Shown here: positions 10,156 to 22,503 of the stretch, in pieces
Numbering within the stretch: the stretch's first letter is position 1
How the letters are laid out: every line of letters starts with the position of its first letter
Source: Paramoeba atlantica
Taxonomy: Eukaryota; Protista; Discosea
Direction of reading: 5' to 3'
DNA: 64,000 nt
NCBI GenBank assembly: GCA_977017575.1
Contig: CDRNVI010000043.1
Span: 434,001-498,000, forward strand
Notes under the pieces: generated by a model
Database searches by the model: none
What the model was told of the DNA's origin: nothing
Seen by the model: only the letters and a program-made list of their open reading frames with translations
Translations under genes and position numbers: made by a program

Positions 10156-12044
10156 GTGAGGCTTGCGACGACTTTATTTGCATTGAGCATCTGTCTTTCA
10201 CTAATTTTTGGGAACACGAGTGAAGAAATTCTAGCTCGTTGGTTGCGGAATCATCGGCTGGTGGCACAACAGGTCTGGTGTAACAAAAAAAAGGACCATG
10301 GAAATAAGGAATTATCTTGCGTCTGCGACGGAGAGTTTTGGTATTGCCCTGACCTGGAGACCAACGGTTGCCGGGCTCGGTACAGCATCATGGAACCCCT
10401 TTTTAGTCAGAAGAGCAAACGGGACATCAAAGACACTCTGCAGATCCTGTACAGTTTGGCTCAAGGTATAGCAGTCAAGCATATTTTGCGCGAAAGTACG
10501 CTGAGTAGAGTGACTGTTATGGCTGTCACGCAAATGCTTGAATTCATAATTGCCATGGCGCACGACATGCGCTTTGATGCGGCGGAAGGCACGGTAGTCT
10601 TTATGCAAAAAGACTTGCGTTTCCAAGATTAAACGCATGGGATGTGGGAAAGGGAAAAGAGTACGTCGTGATGGGTCTTCCTGGTACCATACACTTGTGA
10701 ATTGTGATCAAGTGCTTGATACCACCGGAGGGGTGCATTATCCCATGAAGGAAATCTTTGTTCGGTATCTGGAAAAGACGGACGCAGCCACCATGACAGC
10801 ACATGTCCGACACCTCGCCAAAACCTATCGTACCCAAATACAGGGGGGTGCACGAAAATATGGGGGGGGGTCAAAATTCTACTCTAAATATAACTCGACC
10901 AATTTTGGAAAACAATAGCGCATTCGAGAGCTCTCACAGAGTTACGTGTCATGTGATATTACGTTTTACGTAGTTTCCAGGTATATGCCTTCTCCTGAAT
11001 ACAGTGAAAAGGACAACTGCAAGTTTTTTTTCTGGTAAAAAGAAAGTTAGTATCCACAATTTGCACCTTTTTTCTCCAACACAATTTTCACACACGTTGG
11101 AACACTCTTTAAAGTCCTCAAAAATACATCGTATTGCACCCCTTTCAATTTTTCGACCCCAGAAGCGATCGGTCGTCTCAAATCTTCACGATTCGTTAGA
11201 CAAAACGAGTTTTTATGTTCGTCCATATCAGAATCAAGATTTTTTTAACCAAGAGTATCCTGTAAGATGCTTTAAGTTGCCCACGAGGCGAATAACAAAA
11301 TCTACTCCGTTTCTGCACCTTTTAATTATTCGAATATGACCTTTTCTGGGGCAGTACTGTATTAGGATCAAAAAAGTCGATAAATTCATAAAAAAAAGTA
11401 TTTTTTTTCAAAAACCTGCAGAATTTTGCACTTTGAAAAATCATGATTTTTTTAAATTTTTAAAAAAATTTAAAAATGCGGGAAACGCATTATCACATGA
11501 CACGTAACTCTGTGAGAGCTCTCGAATGCGTTATTATTTTCCAAAATTGGCGAAGTCATAAGAATTTTGACCCCCCCCCCATATTTTCGTGCACCCCCCT
11601 GTATATACGGACGGTGCTGCAGCAAGCAAGTGCCTAAGTAGAGAGTGGCGCCATGGTGTGGTAAACCACAAGAAGGTGTGGGTTGCTGCAACTGGTGTTC
11701 ACACGAACACCGTGGAGGCAGCTAATTCAAGTCTCAAAAAGGAGCTAAAAAGTCGGGGCGGTCGCCTTGGCAATGCAGAGGACGTCCGTACCAACCGCAT
11801 GAAGCTCTTTGCTGAACTTGCGAATGGTTCTCTAACGGTCAATGGCAACTCCCGTATTCGTCGCATCTTCCAAGACATTCGCATGTTTTGCGCCCAGTAT
11901 GTTTTTTCCGGGACGACGAAGAGGAAACAGATGAATAGGATGCTACTCATTCCAGAATTATTTCTTCCAGAATTGTCCACGTTAGCAACACTCATATTCT
12001 TCTACACTAGTATTTGCAAGATATTACATTCCCATATCGTGTAA
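10156..12044 (+). pseudogene. Merlin / IS1595 (ISXO2-like) DDE transposase pseudogene interrupted by a MITE
   Basis: QD*TH (expected DE motif, TAA plus frameshift at 10630-10636); removing 10841-11603 restores TQIYTDGAAA in frame; HGVVNH..GVHTNTVEAANSSLK. Confidence 0.85.
10841..11601. mobile_element. 761-bp MITE with about 40-bp TIRs and TA TSD
   Basis: ta|caggggggtgcacgaaaatatggggggggg tcaaaattc ... gaattttgaccccccccccatattttcgtgcacccccctg|ta. Confidence 0.9.
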
Positions 12045-12325
12045 AAGTATTTCTCATATAACGGTTGTACGTGTTGACATGCTAGAAGTAACATAGGAGG
12101 TCCTAGGACTGTCCTACCTCAGTGGCCCAGCCGGCCCCTCCGTGCGTTCGGCCCCTCATATTCCCCAAAACAACTACCACCTTCCCCCCCTATTTAGCGG
12201 GGGTCGCGCGAGAGATTTAGCGTCGCCGATTTTTTTTTTCGTGCTTCGGATTCTCATTTCACCCCCCCCCCTTTAATAGAGACAAACCACGAAATTTTGT
12301 CTACATTAAAGGGGAAGGTCACAGT

Positions 12326-12400
12326 ATGCAATATTCCCTGGTTATGCAATATTGCTTGACTTATGCAATATTCCTTGACTTATGCAATATTCCTTTACTT
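12326..12400 (-). repeat. Inverted array of about 4 x 19 bp, same unit as 9945-10096
   Basis: atgcaatattccttgactt units, followed by the reverse-complement MITE end. Confidence 0.9.
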
Positions 12401-13174
12401 TGGCCTGCTGCGCGCTTAGCGTTGAAAACTACCTCCGCGCTTAACGAAATTTGTTTACGAATTCATATTTCACAATTATTTTTTTTACACTCCCGCCCAA
12501 AAGTATTGTTCACAAAAATAACCGACACACAAAGTATTGTATTTATTAGTCTCGACCTTTTTTTTTTTTGAGTTTTAACCTGAATTTTAGTTGTTTTTTT
12601 CAAATTTTCAGGAAATTAGTATAATGAGTTCTGATATACGCGGCCACTTGATCTTCATCTCGAGGGAAGCTGAGTGATTTCTCTCCTATTTTTATGCTTC
12701 ACTACACGTTTGCACAGATCCGATGTGATAATGTCCAACTTTTTGGAGGCGAGTGGCAACTCGTGGAAATCGACAAAAAATATTGTATTTTCAAAAATAA
12801 ATGAGTTGATATGTTAACCCCCCTATTTATTTTATTTTTATTAGTATCGACCCAAATTTCGTGGTCGATACTAATAAATTACAATACATTTTTGGTGGGG
12901 GTGTAGGGCATCTTTATTTCACATTTTTACGACCACTATACTTCATACACAGCAGTGGAATAGAAACTTCATTTACAGCGCTTAGGCACTCAAAACCGCA
13001 CGATCGAAAGAATTGCGCCGCGAAGCGGGGCGCTTTTTTTTTGAATGTGGAAAAATTTTCACTCTCGACTACCCCCCCACCACACACTAGTGCCGTTTGG
13101 TCGAAAACCGCGGCACTATAAGTGGGGGGCACAGTAAATTCGTCTGCCCGGTCCCAGATAGAAATTACATCACA

Positions 13175-14038
13175 TTATACCGGCTTCATAATTACTATAA
13201 CATGTAATCCTCCGAAGAAATACCGTTTGTTGTACAATATCATACCACCTTGCTCTTCCACAAGCCTCTCAATATCAAGAGTCAAACAAAAGGATGTGTT
13301 AAATTCTTTTTTAATGTGCTGTAGCACGGTATTAATTGGTGTGTACAAAAATTTCCCCCAATCAAGTATCACAACGCAAGGCTTTTCACCCTCTAAGATG
13401 GTACGAGAACTCGGCTTTCCATGCGGTATTCGAGACGACTTTACTATTCGAAGCATTTCCGATATTAATTTGTCGTGTCCGAAAGGGCGTGTTGAAAGCC
13501 CATACGCACAAAAAACAGTATCTACAGATGAATCCACGAACGGTAATTTAGTCCAAAATCGGGAGTTTCTGAGTATCCCCTCGTCTAAAGGTTCTTCAAA
13601 ATCAGGAAATAAGGTTCCACACAGTTTCTGTTCAGTTCGTGATGACTCAATAACAATTCTTGCATCGAATGGGATAGGAGACGAAATAAATTCGGGCGTG
13701 TTGTCCAGCGCATATGCCATTTCTGTATGGTCCGAATCAATAGCGGTGTACCGCGCGATATTAACCATTTGCGTTGTATCGCATCCCCTTTTACGTTCTC
13801 TTGCTTTGTAAGCGCGCATCAGCAGTCTAAATTGTGGGAGTGTAAGTGATGGATGGACGTCAACCACCCAGCCGTGTAGTGCTCGGCAAGCTGTATATCG
13901 AGCTCGCTTTAAAAATATGTTTGGTATCTGACTACAGCCATACATTGTTCCCAAAAAAACGGCGCCGTACATGGCATAAGTAAGTGACTTCGTGTGAAAT
14001 CTACTCCACCCTTCATAATCCAAATGAGGAGCTGTCAT
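13175..14038 (-). CDS. SAM-dependent methyltransferase-like protein (type 11 / OMS1-like), N-terminal TM segment
   Basis: LPFVDSSVDTVFCAYGL, LISEMLRIVK, ILDWG motifs. Confidence 0.6.
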   Translation of the reverse strand: MTAPHLDYEGWSRFHTKSLTYAMYGAVFLGTMYGCSQIPNIFLKRARYTACRALHGWVVDVHPSLTLPQFRLLMRAYKARERKRGCDTTQMVNIARYTAIDSDHTEMAYALDNTPEFISSPIPFDARIVIESSRTEQKLCGTLFPDFEEPLDEGILRNSRFWTKLPFVDSSVDTVFCAYGLSTRPFGHDKLISEMLRIVKSSRIPHGKPSSRTILEGEKPCVVILDWGKFLYTPINTVLQHIKKEFNTSFCLTLDIERLVEEQGGMILYNKRYFFGGLHVIVIMKPV

Positions 14039-14391
14039 GAAGATTTATATAGGAAAATGAAATGAAATAGGAAAAATAGGAATGGGACGTTTTCGCCACG
14101 CAAAATTTATCGATCCAAACGAATTGAGGGGCTACGGGTGGGGATTGGGTGTGGTCTCGGCGCCGTCTCGGAAATGAAAATTCCATGAATTTCTCCATGC
14201 AAATTTAGGAGAAAAGTTTAAAGGAAGAGAAAAACGCACTGCTGTTAGTAAGAAGGATGAAAAAGATTTAGAAAAAGAAAGGAAAGCTAAAAGAGCACAC
14301 CGAACGTAAAGTTTCGCCAACTTTTTTATCCATTCCCATCAAAATACAAACCGCGGTCTCGTTGCGGTTATTATTGAAAAAGGTGAAATTA

Positions 14392-15326
14392 CCGTTAGTA
14401 CCCCCTGACTTTGCATCCCCCCTGACTTTGCACATTTTTCTGTTTTTGAAAATTTCTTGATGTGCAAAGTCACGGGGGTATCAAAATTTCGAAAAAAGCT
14501 GAAAACTTAATTTTTTTTTTGTAAAGGACATGTAAAAATTTAACCAGTCGTACAAATGTAAATTGCATTGTTTACTTTCTGTCATTTTCAACAATGCTAT
14601 GAATGTCTACAATAGTATGGAAGCGTATGCACCGATCGAAACTTCTACTATTTTAAATCAACTGAAAGATTGTCTAAGCCGAGTTAACTTTGTTGGTACT
14701 GGATACAGCATTGCCCACATTGATTGTCCACAACAACGAATTGGTGATAATGGGTCTGCACTTCATGTCGTCAACAACATGTATCGTACGCTTTTTAAGC
14801 GTACCAGTGATATTATTTCTCGTAAGGACGTATCAAAAACTTGGACGCCACTGTTATAATAATTGATACATGTTGAATGTTTAATTTTTGTAATATTGTT
14901 TAATTCTGTAATACTTATTTCGATTAGCCTTCGATTTTTTTGTTTGTTAATATTCGTACGTCCAGAGCTGTGTCTTGTAGTTCTTCTTTGTATCTGAGAT
15001 ATTTTCCACTGTTTTTTTTCTCAGTGTAGAACAATAACAGATTTTTTTTGAGTCCACAGCAACGGTTTACTTCATTATTGCGCATTATGTATTTGTATTT
15101 ATTCGTATACACGTTCCGTAGGCTCTTTTCGTATTTTCTTTCCTGCTACATCAATGACCCACGAAGAATATGCGAGGAAACATTTATGCGCGGAAGATCT
15201 CACCCCTTTTCACCCATTCTTTTTTACCCCCTCAACCCACCTTCATGACTTTGCACACCCCCTGACTTTGCACAAAAACCTGATTTTTCGCTGTTTTCGT
15301 CGTGCAAAGTCAGGGGGTACTAACGG
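14392..15326. mobile_element. 935-bp non-autonomous TIR element, TA TSD
   Basis: Perfect TIR ccgttagtaccccctgactttgca / tgcaaagtcagggggtactaacgg, both flanked by TA; subterminal ccccctgactttgca repeats. Confidence 0.9.
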
Positions 15327-15498
15327 TACGTCCATGTACTTCCAGATGCTGCCAGAGAATGGCAGCAACCGCCAGATACCGCCAGGTACTGCGGCGTCCA
15401 GGTACTGACTGGAAAATTTGTATCCAGGACTATTCATCTGGAACCTATTACCGTATACCTCCCCCCAGTAAGAGAATGGGTTTTGGGTCGAAATGGCC

Positions 15499-15734
15499 AA
15501 ATCTCTCTTACTGGGGGGGTATGCTTTTTTGGCCAGTTTCCTCTTTTCTCCCAACTTTTTTGACTATTTTTTCTTCTGAAAACGTGTTAAAACGCTTCTT
15601 TGGGTTACCCCCGAGGCCCCCAACATGCAGACACCCACCCCCTACCCCCTATACGCCCCCTGTGGGGCTCCCGAGCCAAATCTCTCTTACTGGGGGTCAG
15701 CCTCAAAAGGGCTAAATCTCTCTTACTGGGGGGG
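15499..15734 (+). repeat. Three dispersed copies of aaatctctcttactggggg in a G/C-run-rich intergenic segment (likely TE remnant)
   Basis: Copies at 15499, 15678, 15714. Confidence 0.7.
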
Positions 15735-15863
15735 TATACGGTAGGTCTAAAATCTAGAATAGATAGCCGCGACCTCCGATTGCCGCGACCTCTGATATTA
15801 CGAGTGGTAACAATATCTAAATTCCAGAGAAAATATGCAGCAGTATTGACAAGTTAGCAACCT

Positions 15864-17177
15864 TCACGGACATGTTGGATTGCACTCATCCAAGTCCCTC
15901 ATTGAAAGAATACAATCCTGATATACCTTTCTCATGCTTGGCGTGTCACTAGGAGAGAGATACCAGTCCACTGCAGCCTCACCCAGCGTTACATTCCCAA
16001 TGCGTAAAGTGCGCCACGTATTGTCTTTTTTTCCCTCACAATGCGTAATACATGAGGTGAGAAAACCACCGTTACCGGTCGCGTTCGTAAAGGCGGGATT
16101 TGTCAGTATAGTGTTCAAAAATAATTTTTGATAGTTAACAAAGGGTTGGAACTTTGATACAGGACAATAGTTTAGGTTCATACCGCAGTGTTCGTACCCA
16201 TAGACCGCACTGCAATTTCCATTGACGTCGTAGTCTTGTTGCAGTACCGGCATGGCGGTAAGAATGCAATCTCGAGAATAACTATCCATTGATGAATTCA
16301 GCACGAAGGTCCGCACTTTGGTGTAAGCGAAACTGTGCTCCGCGAAATTACATTTCCATTCTTCGTTCGTACTAGAGTACGCAGCGATACAATGTGGGTT
16401 AAGGCCACCGCGCGCATTCGATAATTCGTAAATGGAGCGCATTTGGTCCTCAAATACATTCATCCCGTAAGTATTAGGGGCCTGTAGAAAAAATCCCGAA
16501 ATGGGAAACGCGTGCACACTTTTTACGGAAGGAATATGTTCTTGTAGCCAGTCAACCACAGAATCACTTTGAAGGTACGTGCTGAGCCCACCAGCGGAGC
16601 ACCCGGTGATAATAATTCGTTCAGCGGTCTTGAAAGAGGTGGTTTCACGTAGGTGGTGCAGTACCGCTTCCTTGATTTTCTTTCCGTGAAAGTATAGTGG
16701 ACGACCGTGTACATTAATAGGTTCTGTTCTGTCCCCAGCGAAGCTGTTGCCGTCACAATATTTCATATACACAAGATTGAAAGTCGAAAAATAGTTCGAC
16801 TTATCTCGTGAAAGAAGACCGCCAAATAAATCAGGAAGAGACGACGGGTAGGATTTACTGCTCCCCAGATCTTCGAAGCTGCGCCCATAGCAGTCTTCCT
16901 TGTTGTAGCACCACCCTCCTCCTTCAAAGTACAGAATCCAGTCATTAGTAGGTGGAGTCAGTGTACGAAGATAATAGGCCGCCGGTGTACCGTCCAAGCA
17001 CCTTCCCTTCGTATCGGATGGTAGTCTATGTAAAATGAGCTCTCCCTCTTCATGAAAAGACTCTGTTATATCGGCTAAAGGGTCTTGGATTTGAGCCTGG
17101 GGTACGGCAATGCAGACAAGTATTTGAATTCGGAATGTTATGCATAAAAGACCTATGAGCAAATCTATGGCTGACAT
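15864..17177 (-). CDS. Pectin acetylesterase / Notum family secreted esterase
   Basis: Signal peptide; CLDGTPAAYY, YFEGGGWC, YCDGNSFAGD, TGCSAGG. Confidence 0.9.
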   Translation of the reverse strand: MSAIDLLIGLLCITFRIQILVCIAVPQAQIQDPLADITESFHEEGELILHRLPSDTKGRCLDGTPAAYYLRTLTPPTNDWILYFEGGGWCYNKEDCYGRSFEDLGSSKSYPSSLPDLFGGLLSRDKSNYFSTFNLVYMKYCDGNSFAGDRTEPINVHGRPLYFHGKKIKEAVLHHLRETTSFKTAERIIITGCSAGGLSTYLQSDSVVDWLQEHIPSVKSVHAFPISGFFLQAPNTYGMNVFEDQMRSIYELSNARGGLNPHCIAAYSSTNEEWKCNFAEHSFAYTKVRTFVLNSSMDSYSRDCILTAMPVLQQDYDVNGNCSAVYGYEHCGMNLNYCPVSKFQPFVNYQKLFLNTILTNPAFTNATGNGGFLTSCITHCEGKKDNTWRTLRIGNVTLGEAAVDWYLSPSDTPSMRKVYQDCILSMRDLDECNPTCP

Positions 17178-17753
17178 GAGGTTAAAATTAGTTCGAGACT
17201 ACTGTATGCGAAAAAATCAAAGTATGCATACTGTACAATGAAATGTATAGTGCTCCTATAGATGGGACAAATTTTGACATCACTCTGGCAAAAAACAACA
17301 CTGATCTCGCTCATGCAGTATGAAAATTCTATACCTCTTCCAGCGTAGACTACCAATCTCTCCGTAGCTGAGTATTTAATCTCGACGTAAGAACATTGTT
17401 AATACATTGAAAAAAAGGCATCAGCAAAGTGGAAAATGAGGTACAATTACCAAACTTTATAAGGAATGATATTTCGTGACGCTACTTAAGTCATGATAAA
17501 CTATTATTTCCGACTGTAATAAGATTCTATAAAAGAAAGTTTCATGTGTAAAACTGTGAAAGTTGCATGTTTATTTTAAATATCGAAGGAAGCAATGATT
17601 CAGCATGCAAAAAAGGGCATGCAATTCAACATTCTCTAGGACGACAAAGAACTAAACATTTCAATATATCCATAACGCTTTCTTTCCCTTTAATTTGCTG
17701 CAACCATTATAGTAAATAAGCAATACATGGGTATACGTCCCTGCGTGAGGGAA

Positions 17754-18353
17754 TTAGTTCACTGCCTTAAAATACTCCTGTGAGCCTACCGGATCAGCCT
17801 TCATGGTACGTTTTCCGGGGGTCCATCCAGCTGGACAAACCTCCCCATGCTTGTCTGTAAACTGGAATGCCTGGACCAGACGCAGAGTCTCATCAACACT
17901 ACGTCCCACCGGGAGATCATTCACGGTGGATTGCCGCAGGATTCCGTTTCCATCAATAATGAAAAGTCCGCGCAGCGCGACGCCAGCCTCCGGACCTTGT
18001 TGCACAAGAACGCCGTAGTCAATTGCGAGCTGTTTGGAGACATCCGCGAGCAGAGGAATGTTAAGCTTTCCTACCCCTCCCTTGGCTCGATCGGTGTTGG
18101 TCCAAGCCAGGTGACTGAACACACTGTCCACACTGCACGCCAGCACGTGACAATCGATCTGATGAAACTCCGCCACGCGATCTGAGAAGGCCAGAATTTC
18201 CGTTGGGCACACAAACGTGAAATCCAGCGGGTAGAAAAAGAGAACCACGTACTTCCCCATGTAGTCCTGCAAAGAGACTTCCCGAAAAGTCCCATCGGGC
18301 ATTACTGCTTGGGTGCGAAAAGCGGGGGCTGGTGCACGCACTTGTACCGGCAT
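17754..18353 (-). CDS. Typical 2-Cys peroxiredoxin (tryparedoxin peroxidase-like)
   Basis: [13 protein letters not shown] and GEVCPAGW; start moved to [10 protein letters not shown] (199 aa). Confidence 0.95.
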   Translation of the reverse strand: MPVQVRAPAPAFRTQAVMPDGTFREVSLQDYMGKYVVLFFYPLDFTFVCPTEILAFSDRVAEFHQIDCHVLACSVDSVFSHLAWTNTDRAKGGVGKLNIPLLADVSKQLAIDYGVLVQQGPEAGVALRGLFIIDGNGILRQSTVNDLPVGRSVDETLRLVQAFQFTDKHGEVCPAGWTPGKRTMKADPVGSQEYFKAVN

Positions 18354-18851
18354 TGATAGGCTAACTAAAGAAAAATGGCAGAGAAAAATAGAAAAATAAC
18401 TGGCTTCATCTACAGCAGGAGTATCTCTAAAAGATACAATTTTACCACATCGCAAGAGAAATCATCGTCGAGTGTACCGATAAAATACAACCATCTAGAG
18501 CGCATTCCCTAGATTGCGAATAATAGATTTATGTTCCGTATTTTCCCAAAGAAACAGGATTGATTCAACACATCTCTGAATGCGTTGCTCTCTAGTGCTA
18601 TAATAAATGACGTGAACAAAAATTTCTACATGTCTTTCCCATAAATGTATGTAGCGCAATGTAACACGATTTCTGCAACATTATTACTAACGTGACCATG
18701 TAAGACTAAAAGCATTATTTCCATATTTCTAAAAGAATGACCCGATATATTCTTACTGCGACCACTCATTTTGCCCAAACCTTTAGAAAACGATATTTGA
18801 CTATGAAAAACGTTTCGTGGCTACCCTATCCACATCTCCTTACCCAAACGC

Positions 18852-20204
18852 CTAATACTCGTCCATGTCATCCCCTTCCATATCCGCCGAGTCCGCCCCA
18901 ACCTCCTCATAATCCCGCTCCAACGCCGCAAGATCCTCCCGGGCCTCACTAAACTCCCCTTCCTCCATCCCCTCACTCACATACCAGTGCACAAACGCTC
19001 GTTTCGCATACATCAAATCAAACTTATGATCAATCCGCGCAAACACCTCCGCGATCGCGGTTGTGTTCGCAATCATACACACCGCCCGCTGCACACGCGC
19101 CAAATCCCCCCCGGGCACCACCGTCGGGGGCTGGTAGTTAATCCCACACTTAAACCCCGTGGGACACCAGTCCACAAACTGGATCGTTCGTTTGGTCTTG
19201 ATCGTGGCCACCGCCGCGTTCACGTCCTTCGGGACCACATCCCCGCGGTACATCAGACAGGCCGCCATGTACTTCCCGTGGCGCGGGTCGCACTTCGCCA
19301 TCATACTCGCGGGCTCGAACACGCTGTTGGTGATCTCATGTACACTTAACTGCTCGTGGTAGGCCTTCGCGGCACTCACCACGGGGGCGTAACTCGATAG
19401 CACGAAATGGATCCGGGGGTAGGGGACCAGGTTGGTCTGGAACTCGGTGACATCGACGTTAAGGGCGCCATCGAAGCGTAGGGAGGCGGTAAGGGAGGAG
19501 ATCACTTGGGCGACTAAACGGTTAACATTGGTGTAGTTCGGTCGGTCAATGTCGAGGTTGCGTCGGGCAATGTCGTAGATGGCCTCGTTGTCGAGCATAA
19601 CGGCGACGTCGGTGTGCTCGAGGAGGGAGTGGGTGGAGAGGACACTGTTGTAGGGCTCCACGACGGCGGTGGAGACTTGGGGGGAGGGGTAGATGGTGAA
19701 ACCCATTTTGCTTTTCTTGCCGTAGTCCACGGAGAGACGCTCGAGGAGGAGGGCGCCGAGACCGGAACCGGTGCCCCCACCGACGGCGTGGAACACGAGG
19801 AAGCCTTGGAGACCGGTGCAGTTGTCGGCGAGTTTGCGGATGCGGTCGAGGCAGAGGTCGACGATTTCTTTGCCGATGGTGTAGTGGCCACGGGCGTAGT
19901 TGTTCGCGGCGTCTTCCTTGCCGGAGAGGAGCTGCTCGGGGTGGAACAGTTCGCGGTAGGGACCGGAGCGGATCTCATCGACCACAGTGGGCTCAAGGTC
20001 CACGAACAAGGCTCGGGGAACGTGACGACCGGCGCCGGTTTCAGCAAAGAAGGTGTTGAAGGCGTCGTCCTCAACGACGGCGCCAGATTCTTGGGGCATG
20101 GTGCCATCGGGGTTGATGCCGTGCTCCAGGCAGTAGAGTTCCCAGCAGGCATTTCCGGTCTGGACACCGGCTTGGCCGAGATGGATGGAGATCACTTCAC
20201 GCAT
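18852..20204 (-). CDS. TUBA: Alpha-tubulin
   Basis: [15 protein letters not shown], canonical sequence ending EY; intronless. Confidence 0.99.
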   Translation of the reverse strand: MREVISIHLGQAGVQTGNACWELYCLEHGINPDGTMPQESGAVVEDDAFNTFFAETGAGRHVPRALFVDLEPTVVDEIRSGPYRELFHPEQLLSGKEDAANNYARGHYTIGKEIVDLCLDRIRKLADNCTGLQGFLVFHAVGGGTGSGLGALLLERLSVDYGKKSKMGFTIYPSPQVSTAVVEPYNSVLSTHSLLEHTDVAVMLDNEAIYDIARRNLDIDRPNYTNVNRLVAQVISSLTASLRFDGALNVDVTEFQTNLVPYPRIHFVLSSYAPVVSAAKAYHEQLSVHEITNSVFEPASMMAKCDPRHGKYMAACLMYRGDVVPKDVNAAVATIKTKRTIQFVDWCPTGFKCGINYQPPTVVPGGDLARVQRAVCMIANTTAIAEVFARIDHKFDLMYAKRAFVHWYVSEGMEEGEFSEAREDLAALERDYEEVGADSADMEGDDMDEY

Positions 20205-20574
20205 TGAAAAAAGGGTTTGAGAAAAAGGAGGAAAGAGAAGATATATAGGAAAGTTAGATAGCGGTTAGGATGTAATGATAAAGGCATACTATAACAATTA
20301 TCGATCCGTACATAGCCTTAGTTGTATTCCGACGGATTGCAAAACCCTACGAACGTCCCAGATACCGATCTTAATGATATCGTTTCTCTACTGAAGACCA
20401 CCTTAAGACGTTCATATAGTTTCTTTTGAGGTTCCAGAGTTCAATTAGAAAGCAATAACTCTTAAACAACGGCCGATGCCCATGATCTTCAACACTTGTA
20501 CCTCTCTCAAATTAGCAAAAAAAAGTTCAAAATAGCAACAAAAAATTGAAGTTTTCGGTCTTGTGTTGTATCAT

Positions 20575-22503
20575 TTAAAGATCTTCCATATCATCGCTCT
20601 CCTGATAGACACGCTGTACGATTGGATTCGTAACACCCTGTACGCTTTCAAGTTTTTCCTCGTACTCATCCTTGTCGGCGTCAGGGTTTTCATCAAGCCA
20701 TTCAATGCCGTCGTTCACGGCGTCCATGATGGTTTTCTTCTCATCATTGCTTAGCTTTTTCGCAAGCTTGTCTTCGTCCTTCACTTGGTTTTTCAGGTTG
20801 TAAAGAACGCCTTCCAGTTTGTTGCGCGCCTCAATGCGTTCGCGAACCTGCTTATCTTGGTCGCCAAATTCTTCCGCCTCGCGGACCATGCGCTCAATTT
20901 CTTCCTGACTAAGGCGGCCTTTGTCGTTCGTAATGGTGATTTTTTCCTCCCGATTCGTGGACTTGTCCATGGCGCTCACTTGCATAATACCATTCTCATC
21001 GACGTCAAAGGTAACCTCGATCTGGGGAACTCCTCGCGGGGCAGGTGGGATGTCACTAAGGTCGAATTTGCCCAATTGACGGTTATCTTTCGTCATCGCG
21101 CGTTCACCCTCGTAGACGACGATTGAAACTGTCTCCTGGTTATCTGCGGCTGTGCTAAACACTTGACTCTTTTTCGCGGGGATAGGCGTATTACGTTCGA
21201 CAAGCTTGGTCATCACACCTCCAACGGTTTCAATGCCCAGAGATAACGGTATGACGTCCACAAGCAGGACTTTGTTCTCGACGTCGCTCTCACCACAGAG
21301 AACGGCACCTTGCACCGCGGCACCATACGCCACAGCCTCATCGGGATTGATGCCACTGTTGAGTTCCTTGCCATTGAAGAAGTCCTTCAATAACTGCTGA
21401 ACTTTCGGGATACGAGTGGATCCCCCAACCAGAACGATGTCCTCAATATCGGTTTTCTTCAATTTGGCGTCAGATAATACTGCTTCCACAGGCTTTAGAG
21501 TTCCTTTGAAAAGATCCATGTTGAGCTCTTCAAATTTGGCTCGCGTGAGTTTTTCAGAAAAGTCGTACCCTTCGGTCAGTCCGTCCACTTCAAGTTGAGC
21601 CTCCGGTTGAGAGGACAATTGTCGCTTCGCTGCTTCACACGCCTTACGTAGCCGCGCTAGGGCCTTCTGATCTTTGCTGATATCCGTGCTACGCTTCTTT
21701 TTGATCATGTCTACGAAGTACTTCATCAGGCGGTTGTCAAAGTCTTCACCTCCTAAATGGGTATCCCCATTCGTAGCAACGACCTCAAAGAAACCGTCAT
21801 CGATTGTAAGAAGCGAGACATCAAATGTTCCACCGCCTAAGTCGAACACAAGAATGTTACGTTCGCCTTTCTTGTTCAAACCGTAGGCAATGGCCGCAGC
21901 CGTGGGCTCGTTGATGATACGGGCCACATTGAGGCCAGCAATAGTACCCGCATCCTTAGTGGACTGGCGTTGGGCATCGTTGAAGTAAGCAGGAACAGTG
22001 ACCACAGCATTTCGCACAGGTTGTCCCAAATACCCTTCCGCGATTTCCTTCATCTTGGTTAAGATCATGGCGCTAATTTCCTCTGGGGTAAATGCTTTTT
22101 TCTCGCCTTTGTAGGAAACTTGTACGCGTGGCTCACTGTGCTGAGAGACAATTTCAAAGGATAGCAGTTTTTTGTCGTACTGAACGGTCTTGTCCGCGTA
22201 CTTACGCCCGATAAGCCGCTTAATGGTGTAGACTGTGTTCTCGGGATTCTGTGGTAATTGATTTTTAGCGCCATCCCCGATCAACCGTTCACTTTCAGTA
22301 AAGCCGACCACAGAGGGTGTGATTCGATTTCCCATCTCATTTGGAATAATCTGGACCTCACCGTTTTTCCACACACCGACAACGGAATAGGTTGTTCCGA
22401 GATCGATGCCCACCACAGGACACTCGAGCTTTTTGCTGTCGCCGTCGCGCTGTGTTGTAAACCCAATGCCCAGTAACAGGGTGTAGAAAAGGGCAGTCCA
22501 CAT
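20575..22503 (-). CDS. BiP: ER Hsp70 BiP/GRP78
   Basis: Signal peptide [22 protein letters not shown]-terminal MEDL retention signal. Confidence 0.97.
   Translation of the reverse strand: MWTALFYTLLLGIGFTTQRDGDSKKLECPVVGIDLGTTYSVVGVWKNGEVQIIPNEMGNRITPSVVGFTESERLIGDGAKNQLPQNPENTVYTIKRLIGRKYADKTVQYDKKLLSFEIVSQHSEPRVQVSYKGEKKAFTPEEISAMILTKMKEIAEGYLGQPVRNAVVTVPAYFNDAQRQSTKDAGTIAGLNVARIINEPTAAAIAYGLNKKGERNILVFDLGGGTFDVSLLTIDDGFFEVVATNGDTHLGGEDFDNRLMKYFVDMIKKKRSTDISKDQKALARLRKACEAAKRQLSSQPEAQLEVDGLTEGYDFSEKLTRAKFEELNMDLFKGTLKPVEAVLSDAKLKKTDIEDIVLVGGSTRIPKVQQLLKDFFNGKELNSGINPDEAVAYGAAVQGAVLCGESDVENKVLLVDVIPLSLGIETVGGVMTKLVERNTPIPAKKSQVFSTAADNQETVSIVVYEGERAMTKDNRQLGKFDLSDIPPAPRGVPQIEVTFDVDENGIMQVSAMDKSTNREEKITITNDKGRLSQEEIERMVREAEEFGDQDKQVRERIEARNKLEGVLYNLKNQVKDEDKLAKKLSNDEKKTIMDAVNDGIEWLDENPDADKDEYEEKLESVQGVTNPIVQRVYQESDDMEDL

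Larger units (their letters stand above)
9741..13134. mobile_element. Outer TIR element with TA flanks (Tc1/mariner-like signature); no transposase of its own seen
   Basis: ta|ctgtgccccc(n)acttatagtgccgcgg at 9741 and ccgcggcactataagtggggggcacag|ta ending 13134. Confidence 0.8.

Noticed and set aside
14563-14859. 98-aa ORF inside the 14392-15326 element as its transposase
   Set aside because: No HTH or DDE motif recognised.
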